A stretch of 64,000 nucleotides of DNA. Source: a virus. The translations under genes and the position numbers were made by a program. Shown one piece after another: positions 20,501 to 29,950 of this stretch (position 1 is its first letter; each line of letters begins with the position of its first letter). Below the pieces are notes generated by a model, which saw only the letters and a list, made by a program, of their open reading frames with translations, did not search any database and was not told where the DNA came from. The stretch spans positions 1-64,000 of IMG/VR virus record IMGVR_UViG_3300020190_000012. One strand, written 5' to 3'.

Positions 20501-21556
20501 TGTCGTGTTCCCATCTGTATCATCATAATCAATATAAAGAGGGTCAAGGTAACAGTAGTCATGTCTCATCAAGAAGGCGCCTGTCACAACTTTTTCAGTG
20601 CTTCCACCATCAGTTTTTACCGTGTCCAAACTAACCTTAGGAAATTGCGGAGTCGTGTTGTGAAACTTGAAAGAAAAATCTAGACCGGCGAAAAGATCCG
20701 TAACCTTCTCGTAGCTCACGTGCATGCCGGGATTCAAGTTTGAGTATGTTGAAGAGGTAGGCACCGTATTTCTCTGAATGTCTCCAATTTTCTGAGCGAG
20801 GCGCGAGCCTCTAAGAAACATCCAAGAGGTTCTTATGCCTTCGCCTAATTTCTCGAATAAGTTACCTACAAAAGATGTATCTAATTGCACGTATGGCAAT
20901 TCGGAGGCAAGTGGCTGATCTGCACTAACAGAAACCTCTTCGCCGGGCATGCGATTTTGACTCTTTTTGGGGGGCTCGGTCACACTCCTCGTTCTGCTCA
21001 CAGGAATCAAGTCTTCCAGGGGAGATCTCGCGTTTTCTCCTTGCTGATAAGATGATCTGCTTAATTCCTCTACACTTTGCTTATTAATCAGGTCAGTGAA
21101 CAACCCGGGAGCATGAATGAACAATTGGTGCATGAAAAGGCTTTCATTGTCTGATCTGACGCTTGCTGCTATTTCATTAATGCCCTCAACATCTATGCTC
21201 GGATTTGCTTGGTCCGATGAAGAAACAAACACCCGCTCAGCAAAGCAGGTTGAAAAGCGACCATACTGCGCACGTTTCAATGTGACACCAACAGATGAGC
21301 CCATATCTATTGTTTCAACATCATCTATCTGGCTCGCATTCAAGAACTGAATGTTGTTCTTGGTAAACAAGAATTCGTGCACCTGCCTGACACGCTTTGA
21401 AAATGGGCATCTACCAGACTCAAAAAGCATAACCTGTATTCTGACAGTACCAAGAGCCGCTACTGAGCCACCGGATACCTCCCCACCCACCCTGAGGTCA
21501 TAGAGGTTTCTACTGAGAATCGTACCTTCGCCAAGATTACTGCGTGAGTTGGGCAT
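17576..21556 (-). CDS. Putative tail tip/baseplate hub protein
   Basis: 1326 aa, second gene after tape measure; C-terminal MFFDANGVFHF, VVNEIRL and ITFTVPGRTGLRPMQVIEF..IGEVKNNL..WETTI resemble hub proteins. Confidence 0.55.
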   Translation of the reverse strand: MPNSRSNLGEGTILSRNLYDLRVGGEVSGGSVAALGTVRIQVMLFESGRCPFSKRVRQVHEFLFTKNNIQFLNASQIDDVETIDMGSSVGVTLKRAQYGRFSTCFAERVFVSSSDQANPSIDVEGINEIAASVRSDNESLFMHQLFIHAPGLFTDLINKQSVEELSRSSYQQGENARSPLEDLIPVSRTRSVTEPPKKSQNRMPGEEVSVSADQPLASELPYVQLDTSFVGNLFEKLGEGIRTSWMFLRGSRLAQKIGDIQRNTVPTSSTYSNLNPGMHVSYEKVTDLFAGLDFSFKFHNTTPQFPKVSLDTVKTDGGSTEKVVTGAFLMRHDYCYLDPLYIDYDDTDGNTTHSVSTSPSIVADNTISDAATVERNFGVARPVYRTATTITSSSESSTIPPGFIIPADAEKNYLAEQPYIIIEVDGGKENRFFICITHESKVSVYEVTEDPEWVSALTTGSQQTTTVLRGGKEHSRLLATMNKSGASVLTMDAFEISVQHYFGRLQISIDGNEPLVIERNRWPDHIRAMAMKQMLTESQLQALDAENKPASNQYFSPIKLSGVIRVHMGNYRGAFNFSPLQYVPSVSLTTQFPVTAHDVAYPPSETSSEQSFPPPSVLDKSAISILLRSKGSRDATKNAEDIENGTAVGFAGEEPSYWFQSCLELKEVIGSNEKSFTSDKFSTDVRKTIPGDTHGVTSSHASSYAGFQVSSPSVIQASYKGSVNTNNPTSINITPSITLKSGSLELLGGDKSYIIENCLRPLCTSFTVFIKEDESDRWTSEPIDITNHVISFEDTWTREERHKINHQGSMTLYLTKGEAQGNFESIKPVSVTGQQYPVNSGVGGQNTNDSQADKSDYLASLQDRYFYVTVYAWRDGAGYFDGSMYVTPASGAVQKSRQALFTGICNDVSFQTEPTKIIMTCNLRDYSMVLEHMRWLNAPYYDAMRDYNAVLDVICQAGFKLGGGNSSSENGNDSASAGTSASSGASLTNPGRLIKELASIKPQSDYRVVQFGDEQVIWNDTVLPGKYATLNSPMFKPAVSDPYMSILVRIAKMMGKTMFFDANGVFHFDVPVDEAEMQQVDRATQRAQGFPQIMPVDYFSWSPNDTKLTFGSGVPSTINQASAEVPSDIPGASGGSPDSFNAPIVGSNAYKWWNVVSGSSYSFKRLTKDVVNEIRLISSTPDMSKMIAGHLNKNSIVDPASPSFIGYKKMFFQSQSVFGSKDTLEGQLSRYSKMFNAPVEITFTVPGRTGLRPMQVIEFNGFGSAGPIRLLIGEVKNNLTAADNKWETTITGLYFIPGETVRLNETARWQVNRDGSVSDETGDNVV

Positions 21557-24500
21557 CGAGAATTAGCCTGTCTCCAATTAGAAATCCGCCACGCACAGAG
21601 TCACTAGCGGTATAATAAAGCCTAAACATGCCATTTTGAAGAGGAACGATTGTTGGCATAGATCCACCCAAGTCGACACCCAGATTTTGTTGAAGCTTGC
21701 TTGGCTCTCCAGCATATGTTTTGTCCAACCTTACAAACGACCTCCCCGTAAGGAGTTCTTCTGATATCTCAGAAGGTAAGGGTCCAAGAATATAAAATGG
21801 CCTCATGAACTTTCTGTCCTCTGACGACAACCAAGCAGTAGTGAATATTTTTGAAGCCTCAGCAGACCTACCAATTATGGAAACACAGGGCACACGCTGG
21901 CCAAAAAGACATCCTCCGACATTATAGATTATCAAAACGAAGTCTCCAAATTTGTCTACACACATAGCCACATTATCTATGGGCAGCGTATCTCCTAAAG
22001 ATGCAGAAACATTCTCAAAATCGTAAACGCTATCTGCGTCATCTATTTTATACTTAATTGGTCTGATTGAAAACGCATATTCTCTGAAAGCTGGGGACCA
22101 TGTCTTACCACAATCAGAACTTAGGAATGCATATGCTGAACCATCGTTTATCATCATGCAGAACAAACTGCCGTTAGGCATCACCTCAAATGCGTATGGC
22201 CCAATAGGATCAAAATCAAATCTACCCGATGTACCAACACACAGTTTGGGGCTTTCTCCGAATGATGTGGATATTCTTGGATAGAAAGTCTTTTTGGACA
22301 ATTCGCTCGACGAAATACCAGAAGAACTTGTGAACCGCCCGCTTGTCAAGATTTTAAAATTGGCTGCCTCTTCCTTGTATTCTTCGTTATTCTCAAAATT
22401 AGCATAAACCACGTGGCAAGGTGCCAATCTAACTTTCATCATTCCAAGATTTATCTTAACATCAGTTTGATTCTGAGAAAATCCATTACTCTTGTATGGT
22501 TCTTCTGAAATCGCATACACAAAATCTCTCAAGCCGTTTGCGAATCCAACCCTAAACTTACTTTTTGGCATCGACTTCGGCAGTCGACACAAATCAGTAT
22601 TCATGTCAGAATCATCTATTCTCTTACACAGCAACATGCCGTCTTTTTTGAACATGCAGTACGTGCAGAATGCACGATGATCTGATTTTGCTATGATATC
22701 GCTGCATGTCTCATTGATGAAGCCCTGCATTACATGCGTCATGAGATTCCAGCGCAAATCGCCATCACAAGACATATAACAACTCAAACCAAAGGCGTCA
22801 TCCTGCGATGCAAAATACATACCGGAACAGCCATATGAGTCTACGAATGGAGACGCACTCGTCATCTCAGGATACCACATGTCAGACTTTGATTTTTCTA
22901 TCCACCTCACCTTTGCGGTTGCGGCGATTGGTCCAGAAATAGGAGATGAAGAAGATATGATTAAGTTCATAGATGAGCCGTAATGCGGACCACGCATTTT
23001 GACCATGCCGAAATCGTCCACCTTGTACCAAAGCATAGTCTTGCTACCGCTTGGCGGATAGAAAGAACCCGAAGATGACAAAAATGAATCATCTATGCAT
23101 GCAGAGAGGAACATGTTCTTCAGTTGTTCTTTAGATTGACCTGTTATATGCACATCAATTCCGGCTATATAGTGATCTTCATTGGACGGAATGAATGCTG
23201 ACGCCCCATCTCCGTTGACTGAAAATGATATGGGATAATCATCTTCAACAAACTTTGGGATGTTGCTCGGCTGCTCACGGAATGCATCAGTTTGATTGAC
23301 AACTGCCTTGAAACCAGGATAAACAGCTGGTACTATGTCAAAAGGAGGGCCAAAAGCGGCTTTCGAACCTATCGGATTGGCAAGGTTGGTGAATTTTTTT
23401 TCTCGCCACTTGAGAGAGTCATCATCAATACGATCATTGATAAACGAACATGCCGAAGCAACCCTTTGAGTTTGCATGGAGTCAATCGGCATGAGCGCAA
23501 AGTTCTGGTCGTCCCTCACCGTCAAAATACCTCTCCTGTTCTGCCAATCCATCGCAGAACGCATACCCTCAAAAGTCCCCTCTGTCAAAACATAAACATT
23601 ACCAAGTTGTTCTTCTGGACCCATGTTTTCTATACTAATCCTGCCAGTTCTAGATAGATTTATATTGGTCAAACGTCCAGCCGTTCTGAGAGAATTTATT
23701 GATGCTTCACCAGTCGTTGGATCGACAGCAGATGCACCATAGGACACTGTGGGTATTGTCATGGTCGTCCGAGTGTCAAATTCTGCCAGCGACAAATCTG
23801 GAAAACCAACATCTCCATATGTCGGAATGCTTCCAACTCTTATCTGAGTGCTGGAGTATGGCTCAAAAAAATCAAGCCTTGGTATACCAATCCCAGCGCT
23901 TATGCCATCAGATTCGTATTTCGTTGCCTTCTGTATTGCCAGTGCAAGATTTTTGTGATACGGGATCTTGAGGTCGTCTGGAAGGCAACTGTTGCAGGCT
24001 TCCGATATGTCAAAATACATATTTCCTTCTGCCATCTCATCAATAGATAATGGAGGAATGCCTGAGAGATTGGCGCTGAACCAATCAGAGTTCAGAGAGG
24101 AGGGATAGAACAGAAGCGTTGGCTCGTTTAGTGGAGACATGAAATGTATTCCCAATCTGTCTCCAAAGAAGAAACCTCTTGGGAAGTCAAATTTTCTGAA
24201 TGTCGGCAACCTTGTCAGTATTCTTGATATACGTGGCCATTCAACGCTTATTGGAGATCCCACGATGGGCTCCACAAAGTCCGCCGAATCAGTTGAACCA
24301 CCAGGAGGATCAAGTGGGTTACCAAAACCAGGACGACCAGTGTCAATATTTATCGATTGTCTTACCCTGGTGCAAATATCATCAAAGTTTTCATCTGATG
24401 CAAGATAAGAGTCATATGAACTTGAGCCTAGTTCAACACACTTAAGATAACCAAGATAAGAAAAAGATTTTCCTTCAGTTCCAACAGACGACAAGGAGGT

Positions 24501-26138
24501 TAGCTTACCCTCATATCTGTAAGTAATATCCGTTCCTGATGCCGATGCTAAAGATCTCCATGTACACAACTCCCCAAAAGCGTCCACCTCGCGAACAATA
24601 GTTCTACATGGAGCAAAATGATACACTCCACTTTTGGGAGGGAATAACGTGAGACCAAAACCTCCCATTATAGAAGTACTTTGCTGTACCACGCCTCGGT
24701 CTAGGTGAACCCTCCTTGCAAGAACCTTTTCCGCAGCTTGATATGTGATATATACTGAATTGTAGTACTTATCAGTTGATATGAAATTTGTTTCAGTGCC
24801 ATCTGGCGCACCTGACCCGCCGCCTGCGTTCGAACCCATCGACGCTGTTATTGCAGGAAAAAACACAACAAGATAGCGCTTGGTTGGGTCTACATCCTCA
24901 TTCACTGCAAAAAGAGGCGTGTGGCCAGCATCGAGACCTCCACCTGATGTTTCTGTGCTTGTCAATTGCACGCTGCTCATGGCTTTGCCACCAGCCATGA
25001 TATATTTTTTCAATTTAACACCAGATATGTATGCAAAATTCAGAGGCATGGCTTCCTCCACGACTGAAGCCGGCACTCCATTCCTAGGGTCTTCAGAATT
25101 AGCGCCTTCAACCAACCCCTTGCCAATATATTGAATTGAAGCTCCGAAGTTGACTGGCTTCCATGTCACACACAAGACAGAGGCGTACCCATCTGGTATC
25201 TTGATAATGAGCGCTTTTCCTTGCCCACTTGCAAACATAGGCCAATTTGCCACTCCGTCTGAAAATTCTTCTTGACCCCTGCGTATCATCACGCCATGTG
25301 AGATTTCACTTCCAGATGGAGCAAAATCAAAAATACTGTTAATTCCAATTTGCCTGTTTACTTGGGTTCCACCATTATGTATAAAATACCCGTATTTGTA
25401 GGAGAACATTTTAAGGTTGACATGGCTTATGCCGGCTGCCAGTCCGAGCGCATTAAGAGCGCTCTGAACACCGACACCAAGTGAAGCGAGTGGTTCTAAA
25501 AGATCCGCAGCCTGCAACTGAAGATTTATTATAGACTGTATCTGTATCTGTATGGTATCAGATGGCAACATTCTGATACGAGCACCAACAAAATATGGTA
25601 CATCAAATACAGGGCCAAATAGAGAACTAATCGTCAAATCATCAGACGGGCCACCATATGATGGAACAACATAAAAAACCACAGTCTGACCTCTTTTGAC
25701 TGCTTTGCTTGTTGAAAATTGTGAGCCAGCCTCTGCTTCAGTTGGATCTTCTTTCATGATTCTGACTGAAAGACCAACTCTACGCAAAGTGCCCTGAAGA
25801 AGATCTGGAACTCCGTTCCTGTAGTAATACCATCCATATTCAAAGTACATTTTGATTACACGAGAATCTATGCCCTGATTGATCATGCTATCCGTAAGAT
25901 CTTCTACACTCGTCTGCAATTCGATTTTAAAACCATCGAATGTACGCTCTGATCCGGATGCCGAAACAACCTTGGTAGATGCAACTGCAGACATTCCTAT
26001 AGATGGAGCAAATGAAGGTATTTCTGAAGGCTTTGGCGGAGGCGTGCCCACCGTGGGTATGCTACCCTTGGCCAAAACTTGAGAGTGGTCAAGAGCGAGT
26101 ATGCCAGACGGCAAGCCGCCCAAGCCTATAGCACTCAT
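21537..26138 (-). CDS. Large tail-associated protein (1533 aa)
   Basis: Directly follows tape measure with ATGA overlap; BNR/Asp-box-like SSDCGKTW. Confidence 0.5.
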   Translation of the reverse strand: MSAIGLGGLPSGILALDHSQVLAKGSIPTVGTPPPKPSEIPSFAPSIGMSAVASTKVVSASGSERTFDGFKIELQTSVEDLTDSMINQGIDSRVIKMYFEYGWYYYRNGVPDLLQGTLRRVGLSVRIMKEDPTEAEAGSQFSTSKAVKRGQTVVFYVVPSYGGPSDDLTISSLFGPVFDVPYFVGARIRMLPSDTIQIQIQSIINLQLQAADLLEPLASLGVGVQSALNALGLAAGISHVNLKMFSYKYGYFIHNGGTQVNRQIGINSIFDFAPSGSEISHGVMIRRGQEEFSDGVANWPMFASGQGKALIIKIPDGYASVLCVTWKPVNFGASIQYIGKGLVEGANSEDPRNGVPASVVEEAMPLNFAYISGVKLKKYIMAGGKAMSSVQLTSTETSGGGLDAGHTPLFAVNEDVDPTKRYLVVFFPAITASMGSNAGGGSGAPDGTETNFISTDKYYNSVYITYQAAEKVLARRVHLDRGVVQQSTSIMGGFGLTLFPPKSGVYHFAPCRTIVREVDAFGELCTWRSLASASGTDITYRYEGKLTSLSSVGTEGKSFSYLGYLKCVELGSSSYDSYLASDENFDDICTRVRQSINIDTGRPGFGNPLDPPGGSTDSADFVEPIVGSPISVEWPRISRILTRLPTFRKFDFPRGFFFGDRLGIHFMSPLNEPTLLFYPSSLNSDWFSANLSGIPPLSIDEMAEGNMYFDISEACNSCLPDDLKIPYHKNLALAIQKATKYESDGISAGIGIPRLDFFEPYSSTQIRVGSIPTYGDVGFPDLSLAEFDTRTTMTIPTVSYGASAVDPTTGEASINSLRTAGRLTNINLSRTGRISIENMGPEEQLGNVYVLTEGTFEGMRSAMDWQNRRGILTVRDDQNFALMPIDSMQTQRVASACSFINDRIDDDSLKWREKKFTNLANPIGSKAAFGPPFDIVPAVYPGFKAVVNQTDAFREQPSNIPKFVEDDYPISFSVNGDGASAFIPSNEDHYIAGIDVHITGQSKEQLKNMFLSACIDDSFLSSSGSFYPPSGSKTMLWYKVDDFGMVKMRGPHYGSSMNLIISSSSPISGPIAATAKVRWIEKSKSDMWYPEMTSASPFVDSYGCSGMYFASQDDAFGLSCYMSCDGDLRWNLMTHVMQGFINETCSDIIAKSDHRAFCTYCMFKKDGMLLCKRIDDSDMNTDLCRLPKSMPKSKFRVGFANGLRDFVYAISEEPYKSNGFSQNQTDVKINLGMMKVRLAPCHVVYANFENNEEYKEEAANFKILTSGRFTSSSGISSSELSKKTFYPRISTSFGESPKLCVGTSGRFDFDPIGPYAFEVMPNGSLFCMMINDGSAYAFLSSDCGKTWSPAFREYAFSIRPIKYKIDDADSVYDFENVSASLGDTLPIDNVAMCVDKFGDFVLIIYNVGGCLFGQRVPCVSIIGRSAEASKIFTTAWLSSEDRKFMRPFYILGPLPSEISEELLTGRSFVRLDKTYAGEPSKLQQNLGVDLGGSMPTIVPLQNGMFRLYYTASDSVRGGFLIGDRLILDAQLTQ

Positions 26139-28867
26139 GCATTCACCGCAGCCTTCATGGCCGTGGCAAATCCGTCAATTATGGCTGGAACGATCTGTTC
26201 CTTGGCCATGGCGGCAACTTGGCTAGATATGCTAGCAACAACACTATCATCAAGACGAAGTTGGCCAGTCGATGCAGACGTACCAGCCACAGACGATGTT
26301 GCTGCAGCAGCAGGAGTTGCCGCAGGAGGCGCGCCTCCCACAGACCCAGCAGCACCCCCGGCTGCTGCAGCCTGATCCATGGCGGCTCCCAATCTGTCTG
26401 CATTTAGGCTTGCAACATCGCCAGTTGCCCTGCCAGCTATCTGTTTGAGATAATCAGTAATTTCAGGTATTTGACTGCTAACCAACTCGTTGGTGTAACT
26501 AGCCATCTCCTGAGACCATTCACCAGCCTGTAAGCCGCCTGCGCCAAAAGTGGATATCCCTGCCCCTCGTCCGTCGGCTGCGCCTGTTCGCAGACTGGTG
26601 GGCATGTCTTTTGCAGTCCTGAGAAGAGTTCCTAGGTTTTTCTCTTGGTCAACAACAATTTCCGCAAATACTCCAGCTCCTTCCATCATGGAGCTCAGGG
26701 CATCTAGATAACCCTCCCTGATCTGCTTGGTCATTTGAAGTTGCTGCTGGATCAGACCGAGACGCTTGGTGTCAGCTTCGTTAAGTTTCTTTTCAGCATC
26801 AGCAGCTGCTGCCTTGTTTGCCGTGATTGCTTTATCTGCCTGTTCTATTTTTGTCTGATCGCCCTTGGCTTGAGCCTCGGCAAGCCTCTGCTCAGCCTCT
26901 GCGGCTTTGTTGACAAAATCTTGCTGCCGCCGAGTGAGTTCTGCCATTTCATTTTCAATAGTTGAGACCTGCTCGCCCATCTTCTGAACGGCAGCGGCAC
27001 GCATCTCAGCACTGGCCCCAATTCCACTCGCCACACTGTCTATCATGGATAGTTGAGCCTCAATCTGAGAAATTTCTGACTGCCTCATGTCAGATTCAGC
27101 CTTGAACCTAGCAATGCTAGCCTCCAAAATCTTCGTGTTGTTGCCCGTCATAGTTTTAGTGACATCATTAGATGCGCTTATTTGTTTTTCACGCGCCTCC
27201 TCAGTCATTTTCTCAACCTGATCATAATTACCATCCCTGATGGCATCTGCAGTCGCCTGCGCATCCTTTTTGGCAGCATCTAGCTGCTTCTGCAATTCGG
27301 CTCTCTTATCTTCATCATTTTCAGCATCAATCAGCTTTTTGGCTTCGGCGGCCTGTGCCTCATATCCGGACAAAAGTTCTTGTGCGGCTTTTTCTCGCTC
27401 TGCAGGATTTATATTTTTCGATGCTTGCACCCCCCTCTGTATCAATTCAAATCTTGTTGTTTCTATTTCCAAGATCGCCTGCTTGCTCTTCAACTCCCTA
27501 TCCATGCTTTCTTTCATCTGCGCAACAAACGCAGAATCATTGGCGGACTGATCTCCTATGTCTGCACCTGTTCCAGCAATTTTTCCGAGCATCTCTGCCT
27601 GCAAAGTGTATGCTTCATTTATTGCAGCAACAACACTGCCATGCACTTTTGCCTGCTCCGTAAGTTGGGTCTGTGCAACCCTCAGGCGGTCCATAGTCTG
27701 AAGTCGCAACGAATCAATAACCTTACCAGCCAAATTGGCTGTATTACCATCTTCCATCGCTTTGGCGATGGCGTTCTCCATTTTTTCTTGAGCTTGTTTC
27801 GACTTTACCCTGCCACTTTCCATGTTCTTGAGTGCATCAGCAACCTCTGTTTGCTGAAGCATAAATTCCAAAATAGCCTCAGCCTCTGCCCCGCCTTCCG
27901 ATGCAGCCTTCATCATTTCGGCCTTCGCCTGTTCGAGATTCATACCCTTGGCAAATAATTGTTCAAAAGAGGCAATCGTATCTGAGCTCAATTCCTTTCT
28001 GAATGTGGTTGCATCTTCCGTGTCGGCACCCAGGTCTCCAACATTCTCATACTTACGATCTGTCATCTTTTTCATCATCTCAGCAGTGGCCGCAGCGGGG
28101 GCCACGGTGAGACCCTTTACTAGTTCTTGAACCTCTGGGAGGTTTCCTATCATGGAATACATGATCTTGCTTTCATTAGCAAGAACATTGCTGGCGGCTG
28201 TTGCAGTTTGAGCAAGAGCAATACGCCCCTTGGACTGCTCGTTCAATACATCAGTGGTTCTCATTATGGTGGCAAGCTCATCTCTGCTGATCTTTCCCAT
28301 CGCATACATCATTTCGGCATTTGCCTTTGTGACTTGAGATTGCCTCGTGAGCGAATCACTCAATTTACCAACATCGGCAGAACCAGCAAGTTGAGCAGCC
28401 CTCAACTTTTCAGCGGCATCAACCAACAACAACTGATCTTCATATGCTGCGTAAGCCTTCTGGCTCAACCCTTCGAGCCTGCCAACATACCCCTTTATGG
28501 CCTCTGAAGTCATGCCAAAACGATCACCAGCAAACTGCACCACAGCAGCCATCTTTTCCTGTCCAGTGATTGCCAGAGGCATCTTCATGGCAAGATCCTG
28601 CTGCAATGTCAACATATCTTCGTATGGAAGAGAGAATTGACGAGAAAGATTGGCAGTACTCGCTGCAATTCCGTCGGCAGTCTTGCCATATAAGGAAAGA
28701 CTGCGCTCAGCAGCCACAAGGCTAACATTTATCTTGTTCCCGAACTCTAGTAAATTTGACATGGAAAGCCCAAGGCCTCCCATGCTCTCAATGGCATTAT
28801 TAACTGCCACGCCCATATTGGCTAGAGAGCCAGTTAAGCCTGTGATTTTGTCTACAATATCAGCCAA
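26135..28867 (-). CDS. Tape measure protein
   Basis: 910 aa, Ala/Gln/Glu-rich predicted helical/coiled-coil; canonical position after tube and chaperones; TTG start. Confidence 0.8.
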   Translation of the reverse strand: MADIVDKITGLTGSLANMGVAVNNAIESMGGLGLSMSNLLEFGNKINVSLVAAERSLSLYGKTADGIAASTANLSRQFSLPYEDMLTLQQDLAMKMPLAITGQEKMAAVVQFAGDRFGMTSEAIKGYVGRLEGLSQKAYAAYEDQLLLVDAAEKLRAAQLAGSADVGKLSDSLTRQSQVTKANAEMMYAMGKISRDELATIMRTTDVLNEQSKGRIALAQTATAASNVLANESKIMYSMIGNLPEVQELVKGLTVAPAAATAEMMKKMTDRKYENVGDLGADTEDATTFRKELSSDTIASFEQLFAKGMNLEQAKAEMMKAASEGGAEAEAILEFMLQQTEVADALKNMESGRVKSKQAQEKMENAIAKAMEDGNTANLAGKVIDSLRLQTMDRLRVAQTQLTEQAKVHGSVVAAINEAYTLQAEMLGKIAGTGADIGDQSANDSAFVAQMKESMDRELKSKQAILEIETTRFELIQRGVQASKNINPAEREKAAQELLSGYEAQAAEAKKLIDAENDEDKRAELQKQLDAAKKDAQATADAIRDGNYDQVEKMTEEAREKQISASNDVTKTMTGNNTKILEASIARFKAESDMRQSEISQIEAQLSMIDSVASGIGASAEMRAAAVQKMGEQVSTIENEMAELTRRQQDFVNKAAEAEQRLAEAQAKGDQTKIEQADKAITANKAAAADAEKKLNEADTKRLGLIQQQLQMTKQIREGYLDALSSMMEGAGVFAEIVVDQEKNLGTLLRTAKDMPTSLRTGAADGRGAGISTFGAGGLQAGEWSQEMASYTNELVSSQIPEITDYLKQIAGRATGDVASLNADRLGAAMDQAAAAGGAAGSVGGAPPAATPAAAATSSVAGTSASTGQLRLDDSVVASISSQVAAMAKEQIVPAIIDGFATAMKAAVNA

Positions 28868-28889
28868 GACAGAGTCCGCCTCTCTGTCT
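28867..28889 (-). promoter_or_regulatory. Hairpin covering the tape-measure translation start
   Basis: Perfect 8-bp stem AGACAGAG/CTCTGTCT with loop AGGCGGA; includes the SD-like GAGAGG and the first base of the TTG start. Confidence 0.5.
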
Positions 28890-28910
28890 ATTTTCTAGCA
28901 CAAGGCAGAC

Positions 28911-29291
28911 TCACCTCTCCGAGACGAGAGAGATGAGGAACATAGCAGCGTCTTCGGAAAGGCTGCCTATCTTTTCCTCGTTGCAGGGTATTGCTTTGCT
29001 CTCTGAGTCTGTGAATGACCAGCCTATCATCATATTTTTGAACCTGGCTGATCGGAATGTGATGGGGTCAAAAACAAGTCTTGATCCGTCGTTCCTCATC
29101 GAGGACTCCTGAATCTTCAGAGAAGTGGCGTATGAAATTGGTCGACACATGATGTGATGCTGCTGAAAATTACCTTCGCCCAAGGCTGTGGATGCCTCTT
29201 CCTTGGTTTTGAAGAAGACTACCTTACCTGCCTGAAAACCAACCCAGAAATCAATCTTGAATTCGTCCGACTTTGAGATGAATATTGACAT
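28911..29291 (-). CDS. Tail assembly chaperone-like protein, paralog of 29514-29930
   Basis: CRPISY..FDPITFRS..MIGWSFTD..IPCNEEKIGSL pattern; position before tape measure. Confidence 0.65.
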   Translation of the reverse strand: MSIFISKSDEFKIDFWVGFQAGKVVFFKTKEEASTALGEGNFQQHHIMCRPISYATSLKIQESSMRNDGSRLVFDPITFRSARFKNMMIGWSFTDSESKAIPCNEEKIGSLSEDAAMFLISLVSER

Positions 29292-29292
29292 G

Positions 29293-29930
29293 TCAGATCC
29301 TTGCTCCCATCATCATGCTGAACACCTTTACTATATCGGCATTTTTCAATCTTGCCCCCAACATCGCCATGTTGGAAAAGGCGTAAAAATCTGACACCCT
29401 CAGATTTCTGATATCTTCTATTGTCCATCCATAGTGGTGTGCCATTATGTATTCTCTCAGGCGATCAGTCACGAGCGGGATGTCCTCGTCCCGCCACAGG
29501 TGACCGACCGCCTCTATGGTTTTCCCGGGTCGGGGTCCTCATCTGTAAACATGAATTTTTCATATGCTGACAGCAGGGCATCAAAAACATCAGAATCCAT
29601 CTTTGCAATGTCGCCACTGTCAAATGACCCAGATTTTTCTCCTTCGTGCCAAGAGCCAGAAACCAAGCCGGTCTGTGCCATAAGCGACCTGTAGACCATG
29701 GGGTCAATGACATAGTCTCCCTGTATTGGGTCGAAGCGCCTGGCGCCAGAGACAACCTGAGCGCGCTGACCCCAAGTCACAGTTTTCCATTTGCAAGAAA
29801 CATGCATATGGACATGAGCTCCTGGCTCTTGTCCTTGCCATGAACCGACAAGAGACCACCTCCTGCCCCTCTTTTCACTGCGGACAAAACCGGTACATGT
29901 TGCGAACTCTACGCCAAATGGTCCTGTCAT
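29293..29930 (-). CDS. Tail assembly chaperone long form (gpGT-like) via -1 frameshift
   Basis: Slippery G GGA AAA at 29526-29520, one codon before the stop. The -1 frame is open: TIEAVGHLWRDEDIPLVTDRLREYIMAHHYGWTIEDIRNL..GARI, stopping at 29295-29293, 1 nt before the next ATG. Confidence 0.8.
29514..29930 (-). CDS. Tail assembly chaperone short form (gpG-like)
   Basis: Follows tail tube; ends DPDPGKP at the slippery site. Confidence 0.75.
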   Translation of the reverse strand: MTGPFGVEFATCTGFVRSEKRGRRWSLVGSWQGQEPGAHVHMHVSCKWKTVTWGQRAQVVSGARRFDPIQGDYVIDPMVYRSLMAQTGLVSGSWHEGEKSGSFDSGDIAKMDSDVFDALLSAYEKFMFTDEDPDPGKP

Positions 29931-29950
29931 GACCCCATTTTATCGGATGA

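Noticed and set aside
29219-29755. Listed ORFs 29465-29755 and 29219-29428
   Set aside because: Wrong frames; the unlisted -1 frame explains the gap and has a gpT-like motif.
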